A DNA stretch of 64,000 bases, taken from Bacillota bacterium (lineage in GTDB: Bacteria > Bacillota > Sulfobacillia > JAMCWA01). The stretch lies in assembly GCA_023475165.1 (NCBI GenBank), contig JAMCWA010000029.1:1950-65949 (forward strand). Direction: 5' to 3'. A model generated the notes under the pieces. The model ran no database searches. It was not told where the DNA came from and saw nothing but the letters and a program-made list of their open reading frames with translations. Positions 53,028 to 62,249 of the stretch are shown piece by piece; the stretch's first letter is position 1; each line of letters opens with the position of its first letter. Made by a program: the position numbers and the translations under genes.

Positions 53028-54302
53028 GTGGCACATTTTGAAGACTTGGCTGGCTTCATTCAGAGGACCTCGGCCCGAGCACCCGCCGTACGGGAGATAC
53101 TGGAGCGGGCTGGCGCAAGACCGGAGGAAATCAGGAACCGGACTGCTTTGGCCCGATTACCGGTCACGCGCAAGACGGATCTCATCGACCGGCAACGGGC
53201 CGCTCCGCCGTTTGGTGGTTTCCTGGGGGTGGCTCAGGAGGAGCTGCAACGGATTTTTATGTCTCCCGGTCCCCTCTATGATCCACACGGTCAGGGAAAG
53301 GATTACTGGCGCTGGGGGGAGGCCCTTCAGGAGGCAGGATTCCGCCGGGGCGATCTGGTGCTGAACACCTTCTCCTACCATTTGTCGCCCGCCGGATTCA
53401 TGTTCGACGAGGCCTTGCGAAGTTTGGGAGCGGTGGTGATTCCCGCCGGGGTAGGCAACACGGAGCTTCAGGTGCGTCTCCTGGCCGATCTCGCCATCAC
53501 GGGTTATGTGGGTACCCCTAGCTTCCTGGCCACCCTGTTGGACAAGGCCGTGGAATTGGGTTATGACCCTGCCGGCTGGCGTCTCCAAAAGGCTTTCGTC
53601 ACAGCGGAGAGGCTTCCGGACAGCCTGCGGGATAGACTCCAGGGGCAAGGGATTGCCGTCTTTCAAGGGTATGGTACGGCCGATGTGGGCTGCGTGGCTT
53701 ACGAGTGTGGGGTTAGAGAGGGATTGCATCTAAGCACAGCAGTCATCGTCGAGATCGTTGACCCGGAAACGGGCCAGCCAGCTCTTCCCGGAGAGGTTGG
53801 GGAAATAGTGGTTACGGTCTTGGATGAGACCTATCCCCTGCTGCGTTTCGGGACCGGCGACCTCTCTTTGATCCTGACGGAACCTTGCCGTTGCGGACGG
53901 GAGACGCCGCGCTTGGGCGGTCTGCGCGGACGCCTGGGCGACGCCGTCAAAGTGAAAGGGATGTTTGTTTACCTGCGGCAGATTGAGGAGGTCATGCAGC
54001 GTTTTCCCCAAGTGGGACGCTATCAAGTGATCGTGTCCAGGGAAGATCACCGCGACCACCTCCTCTTGCGTTTGGAACCCAGGCGGGGGGGCGGATCCCC
54101 TGCCGCCGCCACGGGTGAGCCTGCTCCGGCAGAAGGAGAAGGGAGCGAGGAGGACGCCAGGCTGACTTCCGGGGATGTCTCCGGTATCCTGGCGACTTTT
54201 CGCGACATCATCCGGCTTCGCCCTGAGATCGAGGTACTGCCTCCTGGGAGCATTCCAGAAGGGGCGAAAGGCCTGGAAGATCGTCGTCAGTGGAATGCGT
54301 AA
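53028..54302 (+). CDS. Phenylacetate-CoA ligase family protein (PaaK / coenzyme F390 synthetase-like)
   Basis: LARLPVTRKTDLI...PPFGGF, VLNTFSYHLSPAG, GTPSFLATLL, QGYGTADVG. GTG start with a weak SD. Carries a C-terminal Gly/Ala/Glu-rich insert. Confidence 0.8.
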   Translation: MAHFEDLAGFIQRTSARAPAVREILERAGARPEEIRNRTALARLPVTRKTDLIDRQRAAPPFGGFLGVAQEELQRIFMSPGPLYDPHGQGKDYWRWGEALQEAGFRRGDLVLNTFSYHLSPAGFMFDEALRSLGAVVIPAGVGNTELQVRLLADLAITGYVGTPSFLATLLDKAVELGYDPAGWRLQKAFVTAERLPDSLRDRLQGQGIAVFQGYGTADVGCVAYECGVREGLHLSTAVIVEIVDPETGQPALPGEVGEIVVTVLDETYPLLRFGTGDLSLILTEPCRCGRETPRLGGLRGRLGDAVKVKGMFVYLRQIEEVMQRFPQVGRYQVIVSREDHRDHLLLRLEPRRGGGSPAAATGEPAPAEGEGSEEDARLTSGDVSGILATFRDIIRLRPEIEVLPPGSIPEGAKGLEDRRQWNA

Positions 54303-54370
54303 CTAGCCTGAAACAAACCACCATAGCTCTATGGCTTATTGTGGGAATATGCTCGAAAGCCGTCAGTATT

Positions 54371-54400
54371 GGCCAACCCGCGCGGTTGGCCGTTTCTCTT
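54371..54400 (+). terminator. Rho-independent terminator after the PaaK-like gene
   Basis: GGCCAACC-CGCGC-GGTTGGCC followed by GTTTCTCTT. Confidence 0.6.
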
Positions 54401-54449
54401 ATGGTCGGGAGCTAAGGGTGCAAACAGGAGTTCCATCCCATCAACAGGC

Positions 54450-54481
54450 TGTGGATAAAGCTGTGGATAACATGTGGAAAG
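54450..54481 (+). promoter_or_regulatory. Three same-orientation DnaA boxes spaced 12 and 11 bp apart
   Basis: TGTGGATAA (54450-54458) and TGTGGATAA (54462-54470) are perfect complements of TTATCCACA. TGTGGAAAG (54473-54481) has two mismatches (7/9). Confidence 0.6.
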
Positions 54482-54696
54482 TCAACGCGGGGAGGCCATG
54501 AGCCTCCTAAAATTTTTCTCTGGCAATGGCAGGAAATCCCACATACGTCGTGAATACTATTAAGAGACAGGAGATGGCATTCTTGCCATTACGAGACATG
54601 CGATTTATGGTCCGCCACTGCTGAGTACCAGGCTATTGGCATGGCCCCAAAAGGGGTTGCTGGGAACATTCAGGGGAAACAAAGGGGGAATGATCC

Positions 54697-55377
54697 TTGA
54701 CCAAGCGCTTTCTCGCTGTGACTCTCCTGTTAATGCTGTTGGTCTGGCTGGTTTGGCGAATGGGGAGTTGGGAACCAGGGAGAGGCAGTTACCTTTTCCT
54801 CTTCGTTTGGGAGAACAATACCGCCGCCCTGGCGGGCCAACCCCTGGGGGGCTCACCCTGGCCGGAGATCACCCCAGACCCACCCAGTGGCTCCTTGACG
54901 GTACCTGCTGGCACGGCAGTCCCGGACGGGAAGCGGCCTGTACTGGTCCTGCAACGCATCGACTCCCTGGACACCCATCTGGCTTCCCGTCTCTTCGCGG
55001 CGGAGAGGCTTCCTGAGATCATCGAGATCAATCGACCGGTACAATGGGAGGCGGAGGTATTTGGCCCGGATGGCCGCTTCAAAGGGAAGGGGAAGGCTGT
55101 GCGCAATGAGGAAAGGCTCCTGGCAGGTAACATCAAGCTAGTGGGGATTGATCCCGATGGTACCGTGCGTCTGACCTACGGGGAAAGGGACCTGGAGTTG
55201 AGGCCGGGGGAAAGCTGGGGAGAGTTAAGGATCTCAAGACCTGATGGACAGATAACCGTTCGGGCCGACCAGTGGGAAAAGGAGGCTCAGGAGGCTTTGG
55301 AGAAGCGGTGGGTAATGACCAGGTTAACCGTCCAGAACCTGGGCTGGTGGAAAAGGGAGCGGATTAAGGTGAGATAG
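54697..55377 (+). CDS. Membrane-anchored hypothetical protein (226 aa)
   Basis: TTG 54697 lies 8 nt after AGGGGGAA. N-terminal TM LAVTLLLMLLVWLVW. No recognisable domain. Directly precedes the 1123-aa hydrolase gene. Confidence 0.6.
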   Translation: MTKRFLAVTLLLMLLVWLVWRMGSWEPGRGSYLFLFVWENNTAALAGQPLGGSPWPEITPDPPSGSLTVPAGTAVPDGKRPVLVLQRIDSLDTHLASRLFAAERLPEIIEINRPVQWEAEVFGPDGRFKGKGKAVRNEERLLAGNIKLVGIDPDGTVRLTYGERDLELRPGESWGELRISRPDGQITVRADQWEKEAQEALEKRWVMTRLTVQNLGWWKRERIKVR

Positions 55378-55478
55378 GGAACTGGGAAACGGCTAATCAA
55401 CTGCGTTTGAGTAGGTAACCTGGGGGTCTTGTAGCTATATCCTAGATAATGGCAGTACAGTTGGGGGGAGCAAGGCGG

Positions 55479-58400
55479 ATGATCTCGGCACAAGATTTCA
55501 GGTGGTGGGGAAGATATGACCTTAGGAACGGGGCTGTGCTCTCCGGGATGTCATCAGGACTTCTCCGGGGAATCTCTCCCAAAGCGCGAGGCAAGAGGGA
55601 TTTTGGTGGGGTGGGGTCGCTGCGGACGCGATGGATTTCAGCAAATCTCACCGGATATCTGGCTGCCTGGGGCTCCCAAGCCAGTCGCCGCCGGCGTATC
55701 CTGGCGGGGGGAATCCTGATCGTTCTCTTCACCACCTTTATCTTCAGTAATACCACTTGTGGTAGTAAGGGGCACGAAGAGGAAACTACCCCTCAGGTAC
55801 CTGTCATTTTGGTGCATGGCCTCGCTTCTAGCCCAACTGCTGCCTGGGGCGCTCCCGCTGACCTGGGCCCGGCTTCTTCCCGCTGGTGGGAGAACCGTTC
55901 CGGCCGCGGGAACGGTAGGGCCGCCGATGCTCCTTGGACAGAGCTCGCAGGTTGTGACCGGCCGGAGGAGGCACCGGGATGGCCGAGCCGGCAAACCAGC
56001 AGCCGTCCGCCGACGGAATCAGACGGACTATATCCTTTTTTGGTGCGGGCTGGCTATGTTCCCGGTCGGACCCTCTTCCTCCTGGATTACGAGGATGACA
56101 ACAACGGCGACTACATTCTGATTGCCCGGGAACGACTGGCCCCATTTATCGAGAGGGTCAAGGCCGTCAGTGGTTCTCCATGGGTTGATGTGGTGGCCCA
56201 TAGCATGGGCGGCCTCGTGACCAGATTCTATGTTGCGGAGGGGGGCGGCGCCAGCCTCCGAAACGTCATCCTCCTGGGGACACCGAATCACGGCTCCTTC
56301 GCCGCCAACATCCTCGCGGAGCTGGCGGTCACCCGCCAGTATGATGAGTTTCAGTCCAAGCACCCCGGGGTTTGGTTTCAAGGGGCGACCCAGGCCAGAG
56401 AACCTCCCGCGCCGTCATTTTCTGAGGGTTTGGACGGCACATTCCCTCGGGAGAGGCCGTCTGCTGCCGAAATATCCGTTAGCGGTCAGAGGGAAGATCC
56501 CGGAGGTAAATGCGTTCAGGAGCAACCCTTGAGCCGGGAGGCTTTGCTCTTTCTTCATGAACGGGTTCAGCTCTACCTGCCGCGCCTGGTCCAGTATCTT
56601 TTGCAGGAGCGTTTCGGCCCGGCTAACCGAACCAACAGCCCCACGAGGTTGGGCAGCTTCAGCTTCAAGAGCTATTTCCCTTGGCGATACCAGCAAGATT
56701 ACCAGGCTTTCTTTCGTCAAGGGCAAAGATATCCGCTAGCTCTGAGCTTGGCCGGGCTAGCCATGGGTGGTACCACCAGAACCCTTGTAGGGGAAGACCC
56801 AGTCCGGGAGGTCTTTACGCCGGGGATGGCTGTTCCTCAGGATATCTGGGCTTTGAGCCGCGCCTATTTTGAAACCCTGGCTCTGGATCTTACTGCTTAT
56901 TCCTACCAATACCTTTGGCGAGGAGAGAACGTCCTGGTGGCTGAGGGATGGGAAGGGGATGGGAGGGAAGAAAAAGGGACCCTCACAACATTGCCCCCCA
57001 ACTTCATGGCGGCTTCAGCCAGGGTATTGGCGTGGTTGGCCGAAAGATTGATGTCCTTCCTGGGTTCGGAAGCAGTGAGCGTGGCGCTGCGGGATCAGGC
57101 TTTGGAAACCTCGGGCTGGCTGAGGATTCGCCCTTCTTCTGTGGCCATCAACCGACTGCTGCTGGAGCAAGTGGAATTTCCTGTTGCCAGTCCGGGGAAA
57201 ACGGGGTGGCTCACCTCGGCAGCGGCGGGAGGCAACTGGAACGGTGCTCAGACGAGCAGGGACGCCAGCCGTTTTGAAGCCCTCCAGGGTAACCTCTTCC
57301 TGGCCGGCTGGAACAACTGGGAGGCCAGGGAGCGGAAGGCGTCTCCCAAGTCTTTCCGGGCTTTTCCGGGAATCAAATATGTTACCATTGCCGGGGGGAT
57401 CCTCAACCCCTGGCAGTTGGTCTGGCCGCAGGTGCAGGAGAACGATAGCGTGGTGGAGGTAGGGTCCACCCTTTTGCCCTGGCAGAGAGATGACGTCTTT
57501 TACCTCTGGCGGGGGTCCGTCAGCAGCAATCACCTGGCCTTAACCAGGAGAAAGGATGTTCAGCAGCAGGTCTTGCGGCACTTAAGGGACTACTTTCCGA
57601 TAGAGCGGCAACTGGTGCCCACTATTGGGTGGAATTGGTGGCGGTTTGACCGGTGGGCTCGGCGCGGGTCCTTGGAGGTAACGCAGTGGCAACCGACCTA
57701 TTTGTCGGTCGACAGTCGTGCCCTGAAGGGGCATTCGGGACGGGTCACGGTGGAAATCCCGAGGCTGAAGCTCCCTTCTGACAGCAATTTGCAGGTTTGG
57801 GTCTACGGGAGCAGAGGAGAAGGATGGTTTGAGGTCTTGGCTGATGAGTGGGAACCAGGGGGACCTCTGAAAAACGAGAAGGTGCCCCGGCTGCAGATAG
57901 AAGGTTTCGGGAGCGCGTATGATCGACTGCTGGTGGGTTTTCGTCTTCGTCTCGACCACCGGCCGCCCTGGCCGAAGGAAAGGGGAGGGGTTTACTTTCA
58001 GGTGACTTTTTCCCCGGAGGAAAAGGCTCTCGAAGATGGGACGACAGCGATAACTGCAGGGGCGGGACAGGGACCCGATGAGGCGTCGGACGACCTCTGG
58101 TTGCGACGAACGAAAGAGGCGGAGAAGAGATCGGTTGTCGAGGAAGGGAGAGGGCTCCAGCCAGGTTCGGTAGGGCATTCCAATTTGCCCTGGGTCAGCC
58201 CGCCCTATCCTGATGATGAATTGGGAAACAAGGGGTTCTCCTCCCGGCCAGACTGGCCATTGGTCGAGGTAAGAGGGGTGAACCGGAATACGGCCGAGCG
58301 TAAGGAAGACAGGACTCATCACCAATACTGGGAGTGGCAACTAAATGGGGCTGGAATCCCATTTGTCGACAAAGATGGGGGTTTGATATCAGAAGCTACT

Positions 58401-58850
58401 CTGAACTTCACCAAACCAGGCCAGTATTACCTGGAAGCAAGATCCATCAGTAATAAGAGCGACCTCCTCCGCCACGTCAAGTGGACCGTGGAGATAAAAC
58501 CAGAGGATCTCAGCCAGGGGCGGGCGACCAGGGGATTTGAACTGGAGACGGCTCGCGAGCCTCGTGCGGACCTGGACATCCAGGGGCCACGGAAATGGAT
58601 CACCGGTTTGCCGGCTCCTTTCAAGGCCAAGGCAGAAATCACCTGGCCGAATAACGGTGTTCAAGAAGCGGTAACCCTTTACCCCGGCCGGGAGTTCTAC
58701 GTCGTCTTTGACAAACCGGGGAAATTCCCCGTCACGGCGGCCGTTCAGGTGAAGGTACGCTATCACTTCCCCGAAAGGACCTACGTCTTGAGTAACACCT
58801 ACATCAAAAAGGTCTGGGTGGAGGTGGTAACCACAGGGACCAGCGATTAG
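55479..58850 (+). CDS. Large membrane-anchored protein: N-terminal TM, PGAP1/lipase-type alpha/beta-hydrolase domain, ~800 aa of unknown function with Ig/PKD-like C-terminal modules
   Basis: ATG 55479 after GGGGGGAG. TM ILAGGILIVLFTTFIF. Hydrolase motifs VPVILVHGLASSP, the nucleophile elbow VVAHSMGGLVTRFY, and LLGTPNHGS. C-terminal FTKPGQYYLEARS and FDKPGKFPVTAAV beta-sandwich-like motifs. The stop TAG 58848-58850 belongs to a repeat element. Confidence 0.8.
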   Translation: MISAQDFRWWGRYDLRNGAVLSGMSSGLLRGISPKARGKRDFGGVGSLRTRWISANLTGYLAAWGSQASRRRRILAGGILIVLFTTFIFSNTTCGSKGHEEETTPQVPVILVHGLASSPTAAWGAPADLGPASSRWWENRSGRGNGRAADAPWTELAGCDRPEEAPGWPSRQTSSRPPTESDGLYPFLVRAGYVPGRTLFLLDYEDDNNGDYILIARERLAPFIERVKAVSGSPWVDVVAHSMGGLVTRFYVAEGGGASLRNVILLGTPNHGSFAANILAELAVTRQYDEFQSKHPGVWFQGATQAREPPAPSFSEGLDGTFPRERPSAAEISVSGQREDPGGKCVQEQPLSREALLFLHERVQLYLPRLVQYLLQERFGPANRTNSPTRLGSFSFKSYFPWRYQQDYQAFFRQGQRYPLALSLAGLAMGGTTRTLVGEDPVREVFTPGMAVPQDIWALSRAYFETLALDLTAYSYQYLWRGENVLVAEGWEGDGREEKGTLTTLPPNFMAASARVLAWLAERLMSFLGSEAVSVALRDQALETSGWLRIRPSSVAINRLLLEQVEFPVASPGKTGWLTSAAAGGNWNGAQTSRDASRFEALQGNLFLAGWNNWEARERKASPKSFRAFPGIKYVTIAGGILNPWQLVWPQVQENDSVVEVGSTLLPWQRDDVFYLWRGSVSSNHLALTRRKDVQQQVLRHLRDYFPIERQLVPTIGWNWWRFDRWARRGSLEVTQWQPTYLSVDSRALKGHSGRVTVEIPRLKLPSDSNLQVWVYGSRGEGWFEVLADEWEPGGPLKNEKVPRLQIEGFGSAYDRLLVGFRLRLDHRPPWPKERGGVYFQVTFSPEEKALEDGTTAITAGAGQGPDEASDDLWLRRTKEAEKRSVVEEGRGLQPGSVGHSNLPWVSPPYPDDELGNKGFSSRPDWPLVEVRGVNRNTAERKEDRTHHQYWEWQLNGAGIPFVDKDGGLISEATLNFTKPGQYYLEARSISNKSDLLRHVKWTVEIKPEDLSQGRATRGFELETAREPRADLDIQGPRKWITGLPAPFKAKAEITWPNNGVQEAVTLYPGREFYVVFDKPGKFPVTAAVQVKVRYHFPERTYVLSNTYIKKVWVEVVTTGTSD

Positions 58851-59066
58851 GAGACTACGGAAAAACACCATCTGCTTTGGCGCAATCCGCCGGAGAGCTT
58901 TTCTCAAAAATGTGACGCGCTATGGCGGATTGTGGTGTAATCGCCAGGAGAAGTTCTCCGAAAATGTCGCGTAACTATAGGCGATTGTGGCGCAATCGGC
59001 CTGCAACAGGGTGCCATGTCAAAAGGGACCTAGACTATGGCCGATTGAGTCGTTGCAGCGGCACCA
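58848..59066 (-). repeat. Repeat-family copy in inverted orientation with three to four tandem 56-58-bp hairpin modules
   Basis: TAGGAGACTACGGAAAAACACCATCTGCTTTGGCGCAATCCGCC, then units starting TATGGCGGATTGTGGTGTAATCGCC (58921), TATAGGCGATTGTGGCGCAATCGGCC (58977) and TATGGCCGATTGAGTCG (59035). This is the reverse complement of the 36331-36533 architecture. Confidence 0.85.
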
Positions 59067-59154
59067 CAAAGGATGAAAACGTCGCTTCAGTAGGGACCGC
59101 CAATAAGGTTCTCGACCTTTCCCCTCTCCCATATAACTTTAGGGGGTGGGAAGG

Positions 59155-61575
59155 GTGACTTTGGACCAGGTTCCCCGCGGGAAACGGGTGCAGGTTGTGG
59201 CTATCACCGATGAGCCGGTGCGGCTGACGGCCCTACGTTTGGGGCTGATTCCCGGCTCTTGGCTGACGGTCCTGGAGAACCTCCCGGGCGGACCCGTGGT
59301 GGTCTGCCAAAACCGGCAGGAAATAGCCTTGGGACGCTCGCTGGCCCGTTCCCTCCTCGTGGAGAAAAACCACCGGAGGGACAAGGAGAACGACCGGACC
59401 AACTGGGGCGGCTCCCCGGAGACACGGCCACGGGCCGCCAAACCTTCGCCGGAAGAAGTTTCAACTGCCACGGATCGCCCGGCCGGACCGGAGCGATTCA
59501 AACTCCCGGCCGTGACTTTGTCCCAAGTGGGGCGAGGATCGTCGTGCTTTGGTTGCCGAAAGGCTCGGGCCGCAGCTTGTCCCTTCAGCTGGAATCCTCA
59601 TCCCCGGGGGAAGGAACCGCGACTTGTTCAGCCCAGCGCTGGGATGAACAGGGCGGAGGCTCCCCCCTGCCGTCAAAAAGAAGCGGCCGTCATCCCGACG
59701 AAACGCGGTGGTGGGATGAGCGGGGAAGGTTACCCTCCCACCCTGGCTCTCGCGGGGAATCCCAATGTGGGGAAGTCGGTGATCTTTAACTATCTTACCG
59801 GTTTATACGTGAACGTCTCCAATTACCCGGGGACCACGGTGGAGGTCGCCTGGGGATGTTTTGGCCCTTATACCGTGGTTGATTCTCCTGGAATCTACGG
59901 GATTTCCTCCTTCAGCGATGAGGAGAGGGTGGCCCGAGAGGCCCTTTTGACAGCGGACTTGATCTTAAATGTGGTGGATGCTACTCACCTAGAGCGGGAT
60001 CTCTTTCTTACGCTACAGTTGCTGGATATGGGCAAGCCCATGCTGGTGGCCCTGAACCTTTTCGATGAGGCCCAGCGCCTGGGACTGAAGATTGATGTGC
60101 CCCTATTGAGCCGGCTCTTGGGGGTTCCCGTGGTGCCCACGGTGGCGGTAAAAGGGCGTGGTCTGGAAGAACTGAAGTCTAGAATCGGGGAGGCTAGAGG
60201 TGGTCAGCCTGACCCGGTGCTGCAAAGAGAGCTCTCAATCTACCGGAGCCTGACCGGTTCGCCGGCGGAAGCCTGGCAATGGGTCGAGGAGGGTGGCCTT
60301 CCGCCGAGCCGCCTGTCCGGGCTGCCGGAGAACTGCCCGGGGGTGCGGACTTACCGGAGGGAGATGCTTTACCAGCGCCGCCGGGAACGGTTAGAAGAAA
60401 TCGTCGCCTCTGTCTTGCGCGTACCGGCCACCCCCATCCCGGCGTGGTTTCGACTTAATAGAATGGTGCTCAACCCCCTGACGGGTTTTCCCATCTTGGT
60501 CCTCGTCCTCTTCTTGGTCTTCTACTTATTTGGGGTTCTGGTGGCCCAGGGCCTGGTGGGGATCACCGAGGGTGTAATCATGAAAGATTACTACGTACCC
60601 TTCTTGAAGCGGACGGTAACGGGACTGTTGGAGGCGGATTCGCTTCTGGATCAGGTTTTGGTGGGGGAATTCGGGCTCCTGACGATGGCGGTCACCTATC
60701 TCTTGGGGCTGCTTCTCCCCCTGGTCTTCGGTTTTTCCCTGGCCCTTTCCCTCCTGGAGGACTCTGGTTATCTCCCGAGGATTGCGGTGCTTTTGGACGG
60801 ACCAATGACCAGATGGGGGCTTAACGGTCGGGCCATCATTCCCTTTACCCTCGGCCTGGGTTGTGTGACCATGGCCATGTTGACCACGCGAGTTCTGACC
60901 ACCCGCCGTGAGCGACGCATTGCCATTGTCTTGTTAAGTCTGGCCATTCCCTGTTCGGCTCAGCTTGGGGTAGTGACAGGACTGCTTTCCCGGATTTCTG
61001 GCGGTATCGCCCTCCTCTATGTCCTGATTCTTGGGGGGGTGCTGTCAGTCATGGGAACCCTTCTGCAGAGGCTCTTGCCCGGACAGTCCAGCGCTTTGCT
61101 CCTGGACCTTCCTCCCTTACGCTGGCCTCAGTGGTCCAACGTACTCCGGAAGTCGGCGTTGCGAGCCGGGGCTTTCTTGCACGAAGCCGGTCCTCTTTTC
61201 GTTTACAGCGCCCTGGTCCTGACTCTGCTTCAGGTCACCGGCTATTTGGCCCAACTGGAGAGATGGTTGAACCCCCTGACGGTGGACTGGTTGCGCCTCC
61301 CGCCGGGGGCAACCCGCAGTTTCATTCTCGGTTTTGTCCGCCGGGATTTCGGAGCCGCCGGCCTGTATGCCCTGAGTCTGACAGATTGGCAGACCTTGGT
61401 GGCAGCCGTCACCATCACCCTTTTTGTTCCTTGTATAGCCTCAGTTACGGTAATCTTTAAGGAGCAGGGGGCAGGAGAAGGGGTGGCCCTCTGGCTCCTT
61501 AACCTGTTCGTAGCTTTCTTGATAGGGGGTTTGGTGGCCAGGTGGCCCTTTTCCGGGGTAAGCATTCCCTTTTAA
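59155..61575 (+). CDS. feoB: Fused FeoA-FeoB ferrous iron transporter
   Basis: GTG 59155 lies 8 nt after AGGGGG. The FeoA domain (VTLDQVPRGKRVQVVAITDE...LGLIPGSWLTVLENLPGGPVVV) runs in one open frame, through a ~110-aa Arg/Pro-rich linker, into the FeoB G-domain (ALAGNPNVGKSVIFN, DSPGIY) and its polytopic membrane domain. Confidence 0.85.
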   Translation: MTLDQVPRGKRVQVVAITDEPVRLTALRLGLIPGSWLTVLENLPGGPVVVCQNRQEIALGRSLARSLLVEKNHRRDKENDRTNWGGSPETRPRAAKPSPEEVSTATDRPAGPERFKLPAVTLSQVGRGSSCFGCRKARAAACPFSWNPHPRGKEPRLVQPSAGMNRAEAPPCRQKEAAVIPTKRGGGMSGEGYPPTLALAGNPNVGKSVIFNYLTGLYVNVSNYPGTTVEVAWGCFGPYTVVDSPGIYGISSFSDEERVAREALLTADLILNVVDATHLERDLFLTLQLLDMGKPMLVALNLFDEAQRLGLKIDVPLLSRLLGVPVVPTVAVKGRGLEELKSRIGEARGGQPDPVLQRELSIYRSLTGSPAEAWQWVEEGGLPPSRLSGLPENCPGVRTYRREMLYQRRRERLEEIVASVLRVPATPIPAWFRLNRMVLNPLTGFPILVLVLFLVFYLFGVLVAQGLVGITEGVIMKDYYVPFLKRTVTGLLEADSLLDQVLVGEFGLLTMAVTYLLGLLLPLVFGFSLALSLLEDSGYLPRIAVLLDGPMTRWGLNGRAIIPFTLGLGCVTMAMLTTRVLTTRRERRIAIVLLSLAIPCSAQLGVVTGLLSRISGGIALLYVLILGGVLSVMGTLLQRLLPGQSSALLLDLPPLRWPQWSNVLRKSALRAGAFLHEAGPLFVYSALVLTLLQVTGYLAQLERWLNPLTVDWLRLPPGATRSFILGFVRRDFGAAGLYALSLTDWQTLVAAVTITLFVPCIASVTVIFKEQGAGEGVALWLLNLFVAFLIGGLVARWPFSGVSIPF

Positions 61576-61600
61576 CCCGCTCAGGAGTATAATTCCTTGG

Positions 61601-61628
61601 GGAGATGGGGGTTTTTCAGCGGTCTCCC
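61601..61628 (+). repeat. Repeat-family right-end fragment
   Basis: GGAGATGGGGGTTTTTCAGCGGTCTCCC matches GCAGATGGGTGTTTTTCAGCGGTCTCC. Confidence 0.7.
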
Positions 61629-61642
61629 AGGGAAGGGGCACT

Positions 61643-62248
61643 ATGCGTAGGGTGAGATCGCTCACTCGGTTGATTCTGACGATTCCAGAAAAGCCGGGGT
61701 TGGTCTGGATCCTGATTACTGTTAACCTCCTGGGGGCAGTTTATGGCTTTAGCTGGTACTATCATCAGTTAGAGGCCACTTCCTGGAGGGCTTGGCCGGT
61801 AGTACCTGATTCCCCTCTTTCCACCCTCCTCTTTGGTCTGGTCCTCCTGTTGATCCAGCTCAAACGCCGGGTGGTCTGGCTAGAGGCTATTGCTTACCTT
61901 TCCCTGCTGAAATATGGTTTCTGGACGGTTCTCGTTTTGGGGCATTATGCCATAGTTTATCATTCCCTGGATTTTGAGACCACCCATCTCATTCTATCCC
62001 ACGGGGCTATGGCTTTGGAGGCCATCATCTTTCTGCGGTATTACCCACCCAGGTTGAAGGTCACCCTCTTGGCGGTGGCCTGGGGCCTCTTCAATGATTA
62101 CATGGACTATTTTAGGGGTTTCCATCCCACCCTGCCTGCCCCCGAGTTTGTCAATGGGATTGCTGTGCTGAGCTTTTTTTCCAGCCTCTTTTTTGGGACA
62201 GGCCTAATTCTAATCTCGCGCGGGAACCTCAAAATAGGGAAGAATTAA
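61643..62248 (+). CDS. DUF1405-family integral membrane protein (YpjA-like)
   Basis: RBS GGAAGGGG. 201 aa, five to six TM segments, with LLGAVYGFSWYYHQL and VPDSPLSTLLF motifs as I recall for DUF1405. Confidence 0.65.
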   Translation: MRRVRSLTRLILTIPEKPGLVWILITVNLLGAVYGFSWYYHQLEATSWRAWPVVPDSPLSTLLFGLVLLLIQLKRRVVWLEAIAYLSLLKYGFWTVLVLGHYAIVYHSLDFETTHLILSHGAMALEAIIFLRYYPPRLKVTLLAVAWGLFNDYMDYFRGFHPTLPAPEFVNGIAVLSFFSSLFFGTGLILISRGNLKIGKN

Positions 62249-62249
62249 T

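Noticed and set aside
59370-59720. Treating feoA and feoB as two separate genes.
   Set aside because: There is no in-frame stop between them in this sequence, so I report the single ORF. Possible internal initiation at ATG 59716 is noted in the findings.
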